From positions 3,264,001 through 3,328,000 of the forward strand of contig OZ219754.1 in assembly GCA_964291295.2 (NCBI GenBank): 64,000 nt of DNA, in the 5' to 3' direction. The stretch is from an uncultured Candidatus Binatia bacterium. GTDB lineage: Bacteria > Desulfobacterota > Binatia > UBA9968 > JAJDTQ01. Below the pieces are notes generated by a model. That model worked only from the letters and a program-made list of their open reading frames with translations. It searched no databases and was not told the origin of the DNA. The first letter of the stretch is position 1. The number at the start of each line of letters is the position of its first letter. The position numbers and the translations under genes are program-made. Of this stretch, positions 22,170-31,138 are shown piece by piece.

Positions 22170-23085
22170 TGAACGTATACCTCCTTGCAACATTCACCGG
22201 ATCGATAATTCGGCCAACTCTATGCAGTCGCGTTCACGGAGTCAAGACACGCCCGCGCCCGGTCACTTCTTCGGGACCCGGGCCATGGGGCCCAGGCCGG
22301 GCTTGTAGGTCTTGTCGTCAATGAACTGCTTGATCCCCTGGTCGTAGCCGCTCTCCGCGTCCACCTGCTTGATCCACGCGCCCTTGGCCGCCAGGTAGTC
22401 CTCGGCCTGCGAGTAGTCCATGCCGCGCACCAGCTTGTACGCCTGCTTGGTGGCCCGAAGCGCCCAAGGGTTCTTCTCCATCAGTTTCCGGGCCAGCTTC
22501 ACCGTCTCGTCCCGGAGTTGCTCCGCCGGCACCGCGTAGTTCACCAGCCTCATCTCCGCCGCCTTCCGGCCGTCGAACGGGTCACCCGTCATGGCGTGGT
22601 AGAGACCGTCGCGCAGCGTCATCATGTCCGTCACCACCCGACTCACCAGACCCCCGGGCAGGATGCCCCAGTTGACCTCCGACAGACCGAACAGCGCGTC
22701 CTCCGCGGCAATGGCGAAATCGCACGCCACCAGCGGCGTGAAGGCGCCGCCGAAACAGAAACCGTTCACCATGGCGATGGTGGGCTTGGGAAAGGTGAAG
22801 AGCTTGCGCCAGCGCCACTCCTGGCTGCACCAGCTCGCCTGCCGCCGAAGCGCCGGATTCCTGTCGCCCTCCCGGAAAAACTCCTTCAGATCCATGCCGG
22901 CGCACCAGCTCTGGCCGGCGCCGGTGATGACCATCACCTGGGTCTCCGGATCTCCCTCCGCCTCGGTCACCGCGTCGTACATGTCGAAGTGGAGCTGCGG
23001 GCTCATGGCGTTCCGCTTCTCCGGACGGTTGAGAATCACCCAGGTGATGCCGTCCTCCTTCTCCACCAGAACCGTCTTGTATTCC
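21350..23085. repeat. Tandem gene duplication, about 800-bp near-identical copies, period 927 bp
   Basis: For example agaaccgtcttgtatt occurs at 22141 and 23068. Confidence 0.95.
22217..22245 (-). promoter_or_regulatory. Sigma70-type promoter between the duplicated HCHL genes
   Basis: Minus strand TTGACT-17 nt-TAGAGT, followed by an AAGGAGG RBS before the copy 2 start. Confidence 0.6.
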
Positions 23086-23096
23086 CGGGTCGTCAT
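22263..23096 (-). CDS. p-Hydroxycinnamoyl-CoA hydratase/lyase, copy 1 (AGMDLKEFF)
   Basis: Near-identical to 21333..22169 at a 927-bp offset. Confidence 0.9.
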   Translation of the reverse strand: MTTREYKTVLVEKEDGITWVILNRPEKRNAMSPQLHFDMYDAVTEAEGDPETQVMVITGAGQSWCAGMDLKEFFREGDRNPALRRQASWCSQEWRWRKLFTFPKPTIAMVNGFCFGGAFTPLVACDFAIAAEDALFGLSEVNWGILPGGLVSRVVTDMMTLRDGLYHAMTGDPFDGRKAAEMRLVNYAVPAEQLRDETVKLARKLMEKNPWALRATKQAYKLVRGMDYSQAEDYLAAKGAWIKQVDAESGYDQGIKQFIDDKTYKPGLGPMARVPKK

Positions 23097-23866
23097 GAAC
23101 TGCCCCCTTGAAACTCTGTTCCCCCCTGCCCCTTCAGGTGCCGGGCCAGGAACGCCAGCGTCCTGGGCCAGACGTCCCTGGCCGAGGCCTCGTGATAGCT
23201 CGGGCGGTCGTCACAGAAAAAGGCATGCCCGGCCTCCTCGTACAGATGCCACTCGTAATCCACGCCGTTGGCCTTCAATGTCCCCTCAATGGCGTCCCGC
23301 GCCTCCTGCGGTATGCCCTGGTCCTGCCCGCCCCAGACGCACTGCATCGGAATCCTGATCCTGTTTCCCTGGGTCACCGGCTCCACCGGGCTCTTCTCGC
23401 TCCGCTGGCCGCCGGCGATCTGGCCGCCGTAGTACAAGCTGCTCGCCGCCAGGCCCGGGCAGTTGCAGGCCGCCATCCACGACACCCTGCCGCCGAAGCA
23501 GTAGCCGATGATGCCCACCCGGTCCGGGTCGACGTCGTCCCTGCCCTTGGCATGAGCGATGGCGCGGTTCAGGTCTTCGATGATCCTGGTGTCGTAGAGC
23601 GTGCCGCGGGCGGCAAAGGCACCGTCGCGGTCGGTGTTGGGAATGACCCGCTCGTCGAGCCGATAATAGAGATCCGGGGACAAGGCTACGTAGCCCTCCC
23701 CGGCAAAACGCTCGGTGACGTCCTTCATGTGGGCGTTCACGCCGAAGATCTCCATGATCACCAACAGGGCCGGCTTCCTGCCCTCGCCTTCCGGCGCGGC
23801 GACGAACAGGCCCATGGACCTGCCGTCTTCGCCGGCGATATCCACCGTCGCGGTCGTGATGCTCAT
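23093..23866 (-). CDS. Dienelactone hydrolase family protein
   Basis: EIFGVN, SPDLY, GYCFGG, AGHAFFCDDRPSY. Confidence 0.92.
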   Translation of the reverse strand: MSITTATVDIAGEDGRSMGLFVAAPEGEGRKPALLVIMEIFGVNAHMKDVTERFAGEGYVALSPDLYYRLDERVIPNTDRDGAFAARGTLYDTRIIEDLNRAIAHAKGRDDVDPDRVGIIGYCFGGRVSWMAACNCPGLAASSLYYGGQIAGGQRSEKSPVEPVTQGNRIRIPMQCVWGGQDQGIPQEARDAIEGTLKANGVDYEWHLYEEAGHAFFCDDRPSYHEASARDVWPRTLAFLARHLKGQGGTEFQGGSS

Positions 23867-24009
23867 GCCGTTCCTCCCCTTTCGTGTTTTCTGCTGAGCG
23901 TTGCCGATACGTGTTCTCCTTGACACGAGGTTCCCGAAGCTGTCAAGATTTGCTTGCATGTGCTGAAATGCCTTGCCGCCGCCCGCACAAACCCGGACAT
24001 ACCGATACC

Positions 24010-24606
24010 ATGCAAATCTGCTGCCTGGACCTGGAGGGCGTCCTCCTGCCCGAGATCTGGATCGCCGTTGCCGAGCACTATCACAACGACGACCTCCGGC
24101 TCACCACCCGCGACATCTCCGACTACGACCAGCTCATGCAGTACCGGCTGAAGATCCTCCGGAAGAACCGGATCCGGCTGGCCGACATCCAGGGCGTCAT
24201 CGCCGGCATGAAGCCGCTGCCGGGCGCCAAAGCTTTCCTGGATGACCTCCGGCGGCACTTTCCGGCGGTGATGCTGCTGTCGGACACCTACTACGAGTTC
24301 GCCATGCCGCTGATCCGGAAGCTGGGGGATCCGACGCTGTTGTGCAACTGGCTCACCGTGAGCCGGTCGGGATACATATCGGGCTACGTGCTGCGCCAGC
24401 CTGACGGCAAGCGCAGGGCGGTTCGGGCGTTCAAGGGGATCGGCTTCCGGGTGGTGGCCGCGGGAGACTCCTACAACGACCTGAACATGCTGCGCGCGGC
24501 GGACCACGGCGTGCTGTTCAACCCGCCGGAAGCCATCACCCGACGTTACCCCGCCTTCCCGGTGGCGCGGGACTACCCGACGCTGGCGCGGCTGCTGAAA
24601 CAATGA
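24010..24606 (+). CDS. thrH: Phosphoserine phosphatase / homoserine phosphotransferase
   Basis: CLDLEGVLLPEIW, TTRDISDYD, LSDT, AAGDSYND. Confidence 0.93.
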   Translation: MQICCLDLEGVLLPEIWIAVAEHYHNDDLRLTTRDISDYDQLMQYRLKILRKNRIRLADIQGVIAGMKPLPGAKAFLDDLRRHFPAVMLLSDTYYEFAMPLIRKLGDPTLLCNWLTVSRSGYISGYVLRQPDGKRRAVRAFKGIGFRVVAAGDSYNDLNMLRAADHGVLFNPPEAITRRYPAFPVARDYPTLARLLKQ

Positions 24607-24689
24607 CGAAGCGGGCGGGCACCGATTCCCGGCCCGGGACCAGGACAAACATGCATGCCTGCCGTTCACGACAACCAAGGAGAAAGCTC

Positions 24690-26087
24690 ATGCTCGACAC
24701 ACTGATTTCCAGTGCCGATATCATCAACGCCAACGGCCGCTACAAGGGGTCGGTGGGCATCCGGGACGGCGTCATCGCCGGCATCTACCAGCCCGGGGCG
24801 GCACCCGAGGCCAGGGAGGTGGTGGACGCCTCGAACCTGGCGCTGATCCCCGGCGCGGTGGACATGCATTCGCATCACCGCGAGGGAGGCGAACCCGGCG
24901 GCTACGCCTACAAGGAAAACATCCACACGGCCACCATGCAGTGCGCGGCCGGCGGCGTGACGACCTCGGTGGCCATGCCCAACGTGGTCCCGCCGCCCAA
25001 TACGGTGCCCCGCCTCGAACAGTTGTTCGAGGTCTACGAGCGGGAGTCCATCATCGACTACAACGTCAACCCCGCCGGGACCATCCCCGACGAAATCCCC
25101 AAGCTGGCGCAGAAGGGAATCGCCGCTTTCAAGGTGTTCATGGTGGTGGACACGGGCCGGGACTACCCGCACATGCCCGGCATCGGCGTCCACGATCACG
25201 GCAAGCTGATGGAGATCATGGAAGCCTGCGCCGCGGCCCGCGTGCCGCTCATGGTACACCCCCACGACCAGGCGCTGATGGACCACATCGAGAAGAAGTT
25301 CTGGGACCGGGGGGAGCGCGACTGCCTGGCCTACGCCAAGGCCTACGCCGCCCACGAAGGGGTCATCTGGGAGACGGCGATCCAACTCCTGATCCGCCTG
25401 CAGGCGGCCACCGGCGTTCACCTTCACCTGCTCCACGTCCAGACCGCCGGCACCGTGGAGATGATCCGCCGCGCCAAGGCCAACGGCCAGCGGGTAAGCG
25501 CGGAGATCAACCCCTGGGCGCTGTTCCTGGGCTCGGACTGGAGCGAGATCGAGCGCCTGGGCTCCTACGCCCTCTCCTACTGGGTGCCGGAGGAGAACTT
25601 GCCCGGACTGTGGGGCGGCCTGGTTGACGGCACCATCGATATCGTGGCCACCGACCATGCCCCGCACACGCGGGAAGAGAAGGAGATCGGTTGGGAGGAT
25701 GGCTGGAAGGCGCACACCGGAACCCCTTCGACCCAATACTACCTGAACCTGCTGTTCGATGCGGCAACCAAAGGCCGTATCTCCGTGGAGCGGGTGGTGG
25801 AGGCCACTTCCACCGGACCCGCGCGGATCTTCGGCGTCCGGAACAAGGGGCGCATCGAGGTGGGCTGCGACGCCGACCTGGTGCTGGTGGATCTCAACGC
25901 GGAGAGGGAGATCCGCGACGAGGATGTGCTCAGCCTCATCGGCTGGTCGCCGTACGCCGGCCGCACGGTGCGCGGTGTTCCCGTACGTACCTTCGTGCGC
26001 GGCACCACCGTGTACCGGGACGGCAAGGTGGTGGGTCAGAAAGGACACGGCCGGCAGGCATGGGCACGGTATCCGGGGCAAGGATAG
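24690..26087 (+). CDS. Dihydroorotase/allantoinase-family cyclic amidohydrolase
   Basis: PGAVDMHSH, AAGGVTT...MPN, FKVFM, ATDHAPH, DADLV. Confidence 0.85.
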   Translation: MLDTLISSADIINANGRYKGSVGIRDGVIAGIYQPGAAPEAREVVDASNLALIPGAVDMHSHHREGGEPGGYAYKENIHTATMQCAAGGVTTSVAMPNVVPPPNTVPRLEQLFEVYERESIIDYNVNPAGTIPDEIPKLAQKGIAAFKVFMVVDTGRDYPHMPGIGVHDHGKLMEIMEACAAARVPLMVHPHDQALMDHIEKKFWDRGERDCLAYAKAYAAHEGVIWETAIQLLIRLQAATGVHLHLLHVQTAGTVEMIRRAKANGQRVSAEINPWALFLGSDWSEIERLGSYALSYWVPEENLPGLWGGLVDGTIDIVATDHAPHTREEKEIGWEDGWKAHTGTPSTQYYLNLLFDAATKGRISVERVVEATSTGPARIFGVRNKGRIEVGCDADLVLVDLNAEREIRDEDVLSLIGWSPYAGRTVRGVPVRTFVRGTTVYRDGKVVGQKGHGRQAWARYPGQG

Positions 26088-26183
26088 TCCGAACAAGGGT
26101 CTAAACAAGTCACCCATACGACCATCCGCAGAACAGGGGAACGGAGGATGCGGGACGGACCCGGTGGCGTTGGCGGGTTCGGC

Positions 26184-27749
26184 TCATGCGGGCTCGGCGC
26201 GGACTTCGAGAAGGTTCCGCGCCTCGCGCCCGCAAGCCACGCCGATCAGATGGACCGGCCCGTCGTGGTCGCGGTACTTCTCCGCATAGCCCCGCTCGCG
26301 CATCTGCGCGAGTGCGGCATCCAGCGCGGCCGCGCTGTCATCTTCGCCTTCGGCCATCTTGAACTCCAGCACGAAGACCTGCCCGCCGAGAAGCAACACC
26401 ATGTCCGCGCGGCCATGATGCGAGGCCTCTTCCACCCGGAGGTCCGCTCCGATGGAGCGCAGGCACATGTAGAGAAGGCTCGCGTACCAGGCCTCGTAGC
26501 GCGCCAGATCGCCCTTGGCATGCCACTGGTAGGGGATCCCCGCCAGCCAGGCGCGGAGCCTCTCGCCGAAGCCCGTGAAGTCGCCGGCCTCCAGCAGCGC
26601 GCAGAACTCCCGGCCCCGCTCCAGCGGCTCGGCCCCCTTCTTGCCCAGCCAAGCAAGCAACCCACGGTTCAGGCTGAGCCTGACCTCCAGATTGGGATAG
26701 TCCAGCCGGTAGAGAGCGTCGAAATCGTCCTTCTCTTCCTCCGCAATGGTCAGACAGCCGGTCTGGAAGAGCAGCGCCTCGATGTCGATATCGCCCACAT
26801 CGAACTTGGAGATCAACGACATGTCCGCCAGCCGGCCCTCCAGTTCCATCGGGCTCACGGACTTCTCCATCAGCATCCGGAACAGGAAGTTCGGAGAGCC
26901 GGTCTCGAACCAGTACGGGCGGAACTCGCGGCTGTCGAGCAGCAGCAGCACGTCGTAGGGATTGTAGACCCGCTCCCCGCCCCGCCAGTGATAGCCGTCG
27001 TACCAGGTGCGGATTGCGTCGCGGTCCAGCCCGGCCATCTCGGCGCCGAAGACCCGATCCAGATCCTCGTCCCGATAGCCGCAGATGGTGGCGTAGCGCG
27101 GATCAAGGCTGATGTCCTTCAGATTGTTGAGCCCCGAGAACAGGCTGACCTTGGAGAACATGCTGACACCGGTGACGAAGACGAAGCGGACATGTGCGGC
27201 GCTGCCCTTGACGATGCCGTAGAAGCCGCGCAGGTAGTCCCGGTTGGCCGCCGCGAGCTCCGGGTCGTGGAGCACGTCGAGGATGGGCTTGTCATACTCG
27301 TCCACCAGCACCACCACCGGCCGCCCGGCGGCGCTGTGAAGACGGTCGAGAATGTTCCGGAGACGCCTCGGTCCGGTATCGGATGTCCGGGCGGGCGGGA
27401 GGCCGTGCTCGCGCTCCACACTCTCCAGTTGCTCGATAATGTCCCCTTCGATCTCGCCCGGCTCATTGTACTTGCCATCGAAGCTCAGCCGCATCACCGG
27501 ATGCGGCGAAGACCAGTCCCAGTGCGAATGGATGTCCAGTCCCCGGAACAGGGGTTCGTGACAGGCGAACAGCGACCGCAGCGTGTCGAGCAGCAGGCTC
27601 TTGCCGAACCGGCGCGGCCGGGACAGGAAATAGTGGCGCCCCTCGTCCACCAGCTGCCGGATGAGCGAAGTCTTGTCGACATAGTGGAATCCCTCGCTCC
27701 GGATCGTGCGGAAGTCCTGGATCCCCACAGGAAGACGACGTCGAGTCAT
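26184..27749 (-). CDS. AAA-ATPase-like protein with C-terminal PD-(D/E)XK nuclease domain
   Basis: LPVGIQDF, YVDKT, SRPRRFGKS, DEYDKP, YNPY, GRADM...LEFK. Confidence 0.9.
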   Translation of the reverse strand: MTRRRLPVGIQDFRTIRSEGFHYVDKTSLIRQLVDEGRHYFLSRPRRFGKSLLLDTLRSLFACHEPLFRGLDIHSHWDWSSPHPVMRLSFDGKYNEPGEIEGDIIEQLESVEREHGLPPARTSDTGPRRLRNILDRLHSAAGRPVVVLVDEYDKPILDVLHDPELAAANRDYLRGFYGIVKGSAAHVRFVFVTGVSMFSKVSLFSGLNNLKDISLDPRYATICGYRDEDLDRVFGAEMAGLDRDAIRTWYDGYHWRGGERVYNPYDVLLLLDSREFRPYWFETGSPNFLFRMLMEKSVSPMELEGRLADMSLISKFDVGDIDIEALLFQTGCLTIAEEEKDDFDALYRLDYPNLEVRLSLNRGLLAWLGKKGAEPLERGREFCALLEAGDFTGFGERLRAWLAGIPYQWHAKGDLARYEAWYASLLYMCLRSIGADLRVEEASHHGRADMVLLLGGQVFVLEFKMAEGEDDSAAALDAALAQMRERGYAEKYRDHDGPVHLIGVACGREARNLLEVRAEPA

Positions 27750-27889
27750 CGATCTCTCCATTTACGGTGACGCAATACACATCCGCATGGACATCGGCGG
27801 CACGGAGACCTGAGAGTCATCCACGGCCGGCGTCACCGCGGGGACGCGGCCCGGGCCGGTGACCGCGCGCGCAACGCGGTCTTCGAGTC

Positions 27890-28426
27890 TCATGGCTCCG
27901 CCCGGCTCCCTTGGCCGCACAGGTCCGGTGCCGCCGCACCCCGCCCCGCGGCATTCACATGGCGCTGCTCCAGTTCGAGCAGATATTCCTTGATGTCGAG
28001 TCCTCCGCCGTAGCCCGTAAGCCGCCCGTCGCCGCCAATGATCCGATGACAGGGCACCACGATGACGATGGGATTGCGCCGGTTGGCCGCTCCTGCCGCC
28101 CGCACCGCCCGGGGCCGTCCCATGGCCCGGGCCTGCTCGCCGTAGGAGCGGGTGGCACCGTAGGGAATGCGCTGAAGCGCCTCCCACGCGCGCAGCTGAA
28201 ACGGCGTGCCGGACAGGGCCACGGGCAGGTCGAAACACGTCCGCCGCCCCTCGAAGTATTCGTCGAGCTGCCGCCGCGCCGCCGCCACCACCGGCCCGCC
28301 GCACCGCCAGTCCTCCGCCACCTCACCGGAGTGCGTTTCCTTCCGGAAGCGAATCCTCGTCACCGCGGTCTCGCCGGCAACGATCAAAAGATCCCCTACC
28401 GGGCTCTCCGTCCAGTCGTAGTACAT
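27890..28426 (-). CDS. ogt: Methylated-DNA--protein-cysteine methyltransferase
   Basis: GTPFQ..W..L..IPYG, VVPCHR active site, GYGGG. Confidence 0.92.
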   Translation of the reverse strand: MYYDWTESPVGDLLIVAGETAVTRIRFRKETHSGEVAEDWRCGGPVVAAARRQLDEYFEGRRTCFDLPVALSGTPFQLRAWEALQRIPYGATRSYGEQARAMGRPRAVRAAGAANRRNPIVIVVPCHRIIGGDGRLTGYGGGLDIKEYLLELEQRHVNAAGRGAAAPDLCGQGSRAEP

Positions 28427-29157
28427 GAATCCCTCCGAACTGCCGCCCCGGGTCGTTGCCGGCCCGAACCTGCACCGCGAGTATCCCGACTTGCGCGCTC
28501 CTGTTCCCGCGGTTCGGTTTCCGCGGTTCTCTGTTCCCCGGTCCCGGCTTCCGCCCGCCGCGCCTCCAGTTCCGCGGCCTCCGTTGCCGTCTTCCCCCAC
28601 AGCGGTGGATCCTTGAGGTACGCCTCCTCTTCCGGAGTGTTCGGTCGTCCCAGCACCGCATTGCGATGGGGAAAGCGGCCGAAGCGTCTGATGGCGTCAT
28701 GATGGCCCACCGCGGCCCGCAGGGATTCCTCGTTGCCGAGCGTACGGTAGAGGGCCAGCGCGCGCTCCTGGTCCACCATCCGCTCGCTGTGCTCGAACGG
28801 CAGGTAGAAGAAGGTCCTGGGCCAGCGGGACAGGCCCCGGTCGTGGCCCCTCTCCAGCGCATGCTCGGCCACCGCCCGTGCCATGGCATCGGTGGAGAAG
28901 GCACGGGCGGTGCCGCGATGAATGTTGCGCGGGAACTGGTCCAGGGCCATGACCAGGGTCAGACAATCTTCCGGCGTTTGCCTGAAATGGTCCAGCTCCC
29001 CGGCGGCCGCCCGCTCGTGCACCCGGGTGTAATGATCGACGAGGTGGCGGTCGAACTCCGGCGTGGCGCGGAACCACACCTGCCGTTTCTCCATCTCCAC
29101 GCTCAGGTCCGCCGTACCGAACCAGAAAGTCAGGATTTCTCTCGACAGGGACTCCAC
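28396..29157 (-). CDS. DUF924 family protein
   Basis: FWF, LDQFPRN, FFYLPFEHSE, FGRFPHRNAVLGR; low-complexity C-terminal tail; start uncertain. Confidence 0.85.
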   Translation of the reverse strand: MESLSREILTFWFGTADLSVEMEKRQVWFRATPEFDRHLVDHYTRVHERAAAGELDHFRQTPEDCLTLVMALDQFPRNIHRGTARAFSTDAMARAVAEHALERGHDRGLSRWPRTFFYLPFEHSERMVDQERALALYRTLGNEESLRAAVGHHDAIRRFGRFPHRNAVLGRPNTPEEEAYLKDPPLWGKTATEAAELEARRAEAGTGEQRTAETEPREQERASRDTRGAGSGRQRPGAAVRRDSCTTTGRRAR

Positions 29158-29356
29158 GACATAGGCTCCACGCTTCTTTCGCACCCGGCCGTCGGTATGC
29201 ATCGGAAGCTGTCCGTGGCGGAAGCTGTCCGTGGCGCCATGCGGCCATGTCCGCCAAAGAAAAGCCGCTGCAAGTCTTGACCAACAAAGGCGCAATTGCA
29301 ACACTGCCCGAGGCTCGAACAACCAACGGGTCAATCCCGGTGCCCAGGAGGTCGTC

Positions 29357-30316
29357 ACGGCAAACTTCGATGACAAGGTCGCCGCCAGCGGTCGGACCTT
29401 GAACAAGCAGAAACTGCAGGTGCTCCAGATCAACTTGGGGAAATACTGCAACCAGTCCTGCTTTCACTGCCACGTGGAGGCCGGCCCGGGCCGCAAGGAG
29501 ATGATGGATCGGACCACCGTGGAACACGTGTTGCGGTTCCTGGAGAATTCCGACATCCCCACCGTGGATATCACCGGCGGCGCCCCGGAACTGAATCCCC
29601 ACTTCGACCATCTGGTGGAGTCCTGTCGGGCGCTCGGACGCCACGTGATGGACCGTTGCAACCTGACGGTCTTCTACGAGGAGGGCAAGGAGTACCTGCC
29701 GGAGTTCTTCAGACGCCACCGGGTCGAGGTGATCTGCTCGCTCCCCTGCTACACCAGGGAAAACGTGGACGGCCAGCGCGGCGACGGCACCTTCGAACTC
29801 AGCGTGAGCGGACTGCAGGCGCTCAACCGCCTGGGCTATGGCCAGACCGATTCGGGCCTGGAACTCAACCTGGTCTACAACCCCATGGGCGACTACCTGC
29901 CGCCGCCGCAGGAACAGTTGGAGAGCGACTATCGCCGCATGCTCGCCGACGACTTCGGCATTGTCTTCAACCACCTCTACTGCCTGACCAACATGCCCAT
30001 CACCCGCTTCCGGAAGTTCCTCAAGCGAGCGGGACACTACGACGCCTACCTGAAGCTGCTGGAGGACAACTTCAACGGCGAGACGCTGGACAAGGTCATG
30101 TGCCGCGATCTGCTGAGCGTGGCATGGGACGGCACGGTGTACGACTGCGACTTCAACCAGATGCTCGACATGCCCCTGGGCCGGGTGAACGGGAAAAAGC
30201 CGCACATCCGGGAGTTCTCCGCGGCCGACTTCGAGGCCAAGCCCATCCTGACAGGGAACCATTGCTTCGCCTGCACGGCCGGCACGGGCAGCAGTTGCGG
30301 CGGCTCATTGATCTGA
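29357..30316 (+). CDS. arsS: Arsenosugar-biosynthesis-type radical SAM protein (DUF3641); start codon uncertain
   Basis: QINLGKYCNQSCFHCHV, DITGGAPE, YDCDFNQM, HCFACTAG.GSSCGG. Confidence 0.88.
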   Translation, partial: TANFDDKVAASGRTLNKQKLQVLQINLGKYCNQSCFHCHVEAGPGRKEMMDRTTVEHVLRFLENSDIPTVDITGGAPELNPHFDHLVESCRALGRHVMDRCNLTVFYEEGKEYLPEFFRRHRVEVICSLPCYTRENVDGQRGDGTFELSVSGLQALNRLGYGQTDSGLELNLVYNPMGDYLPPPQEQLESDYRRMLADDFGIVFNHLYCLTNMPITRFRKFLKRAGHYDAYLKLLEDNFNGETLDKVMCRDLLSVAWDGTVYDCDFNQMLDMPLGRVNGKKPHIREFSAADFEAKPILTGNHCFACTAGTGSSCGGSLI

Positions 30317-30343
30317 CCGACGGGTCGCCCGGACGACCCGTCC

Positions 30344-31021
30344 ATGCGACTTTCCATCATCATTCCCGTCCTCGACGAGGAACGCACCATCGGCGGCACC
30401 CTCAAGGCACTGGAACGCATCGAACCTGATGAAATCCTGGTCGTGGACGGCGGCAGCACGGACCGCACGGCGGACGTCGTGCGCGCCGGGCCGGCACGGC
30501 TGGCCACCTCCCCCAGAGGGCGCGCCGCGCAGATGAACGAGGGAGCGCGCCAAGCCGCCGGCGACGTACTGCTGTTCCTTCACGCCGACACCCGCCTGCC
30601 CTCCACCACGAGAGCCGATCTGGAAGGCTGCATGGCCGACCCCGCCTGCGTGGGCGGCCGTTTCGACATCCGCCTGGACAGCGCCCGCCCGCTGCTCCGG
30701 GTCGTGAGCCGCATGATCAGCCTCCGTTCCCGCCTGACGCGGGTGTCCACGGGAGACCAGGCGATCTTCGTGCGGCGCACCGTCTTCGAACGCCTCGGCG
30801 GTTTCCCCGAAATCCCGCTCATGGAAGACATCGCGTTTTCCCGCGCACTCAAGCGGCAAGGCCGCATCGCCTGTCTGCGGTCACGGGTGGTGAGCTCCGC
30901 CCGGCGCTGGGAACGGAACGGCACGGTACGCACCATCCTGCTGATGTGGGCACTGAAACTCCTCTTCCTCTCCGGCGTCTCCCCTGCAAGGTTGAAACGG
31001 CTCTACGGCGAGGCCCGTTGA
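30344..31021 (+). CDS. GT2 glycosyltransferase (TIGR04283-like, ArsS-associated)
   Basis: SIIIPVLDE, VDGGSTD, GRAAQMNEG, LFLHADT, GDQAIF, LMED, SARRW. Confidence 0.88.
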   Translation: MRLSIIIPVLDEERTIGGTLKALERIEPDEILVVDGGSTDRTADVVRAGPARLATSPRGRAAQMNEGARQAAGDVLLFLHADTRLPSTTRADLEGCMADPACVGGRFDIRLDSARPLLRVVSRMISLRSRLTRVSTGDQAIFVRRTVFERLGGFPEIPLMEDIAFSRALKRQGRIACLRSRVVSSARRWERNGTVRTILLMWALKLLFLSGVSPARLKRLYGEAR

Positions 31022-31068
31022 CATGGAACAGCGGCGCATCCGGGAGCTGCGGTGAAGAGCCGTCAACT

Positions 31069-31098
31069 TTGACCGTGTTGTCGGCTTTGTGTTACGTT
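31069..31098 (+). promoter_or_regulatory. Putative sigma70 promoter for the aminotransferase operon
   Basis: TTGACC-18 nt-TACGTT with extended TG. Confidence 0.4.
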
Positions 31099-31138
31099 GG
31101 CGTGCTTCAGCGAGCGGGGCGGCCCTCGCGAGACTTGC

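Noticed and set aside
23919-23947. CTTGACA...TGTCAAG inverted repeat
   Set aside because: Adequately explained as overlapping divergent -35 boxes; no strong -10 to support a specific call
26184-27749. AAA + PD-(D/E)XK gene as a novel defence system
   Set aside because: Common stand-alone family; no partner genes or unusual features here
30280-30316. Selenocysteine in the ArsS C-terminal motif
   Set aside because: The codon is TGC (Cys); there is no in-frame TGA
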